From Chiloscyllium plagiosum (lineage: Eukaryota): 64,000 nucleotides of DNA. Numbering within the stretch: position 1 is the first letter of the stretch; every line of letters begins with the position of its first letter. The stretch lies in NCBI RefSeq assembly GCF_004010195.1, contig NC_057718.1, positions 61,711,318 to 61,775,317 on the forward strand, read 5' to 3'. Below, piece by piece: positions 63,843 to 64,000 of this stretch. The position numbers and the translations under genes are program-made. The notes below the pieces were generated by a model. It was given only the letters and a program-made list of their open reading frames with translations. It was not told the DNA's origin and searched no databases.

Positions 63843-64000
63843 AAGAGTGTGATGCTGGAAAAGCACAGCAGGTCAGGCAACATCCAAGGAGTAGGAGAAT
63901 CAACATTTCAGGCATAAGCCCTTCATCAGGAATCCTGATGCTGGGCTTATGCCCGAAACGTCAATTCATCTGCTCCTGGGATGCTGCCTGACCTGCAGTG
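63843..64000. mobile_element. Penelope-derived palindromic mini-element (family A), runs off the window
   Basis: Arms inverted about 63931-63933; hammerhead boxes on both strands. Confidence 0.85.

Noticed and set aside
1..64000. Plus-strand excess of LINEs as evidence for a minus-strand host gene
   Set aside because: Several minus-strand copies exist and the counts are too small to support a bias.

Overview
Eukaryotic vertebrate genomic DNA, almost certainly a shark or other cartilaginous fish. This is inferred from the repeat spectrum: HE1-like V-SINEs with CR1 tails, SacSINE1-like Deu-SINEs, abundant CR1 and Penelope. No intact protein-coding gene is evident. The window is dominated by transposable elements: several CR1 families, an older CR1/L2-type LINE, RTE, a Harbinger relic, a Tc1/mariner MITE and a minisatellite. 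An ancient Gypsy provirus (12608-23823, ATCAG target-site duplication) is broken up by about nine younger insertions. Three things stand out. (1) At least three Penelope-like families and their short palindromic derivatives carry minimal hammerhead ribozyme cores (CUGANGA-A-stem II-GAAA-palindromic stem III), some of them intact. (2) A series of decayed minus-strand exon-like segments occurs, two of which read by eye like an RNase L/IRE1-type kinase plus KEN-nuclease module; this is unverified. (3) A repeat-poor, CpG-retaining candidate conserved non-coding element lies near 26 kb. Two N gaps fall inside young CR1 copies. Boundaries of old repeats are approximate, and all family assignments are by eye without database searches.
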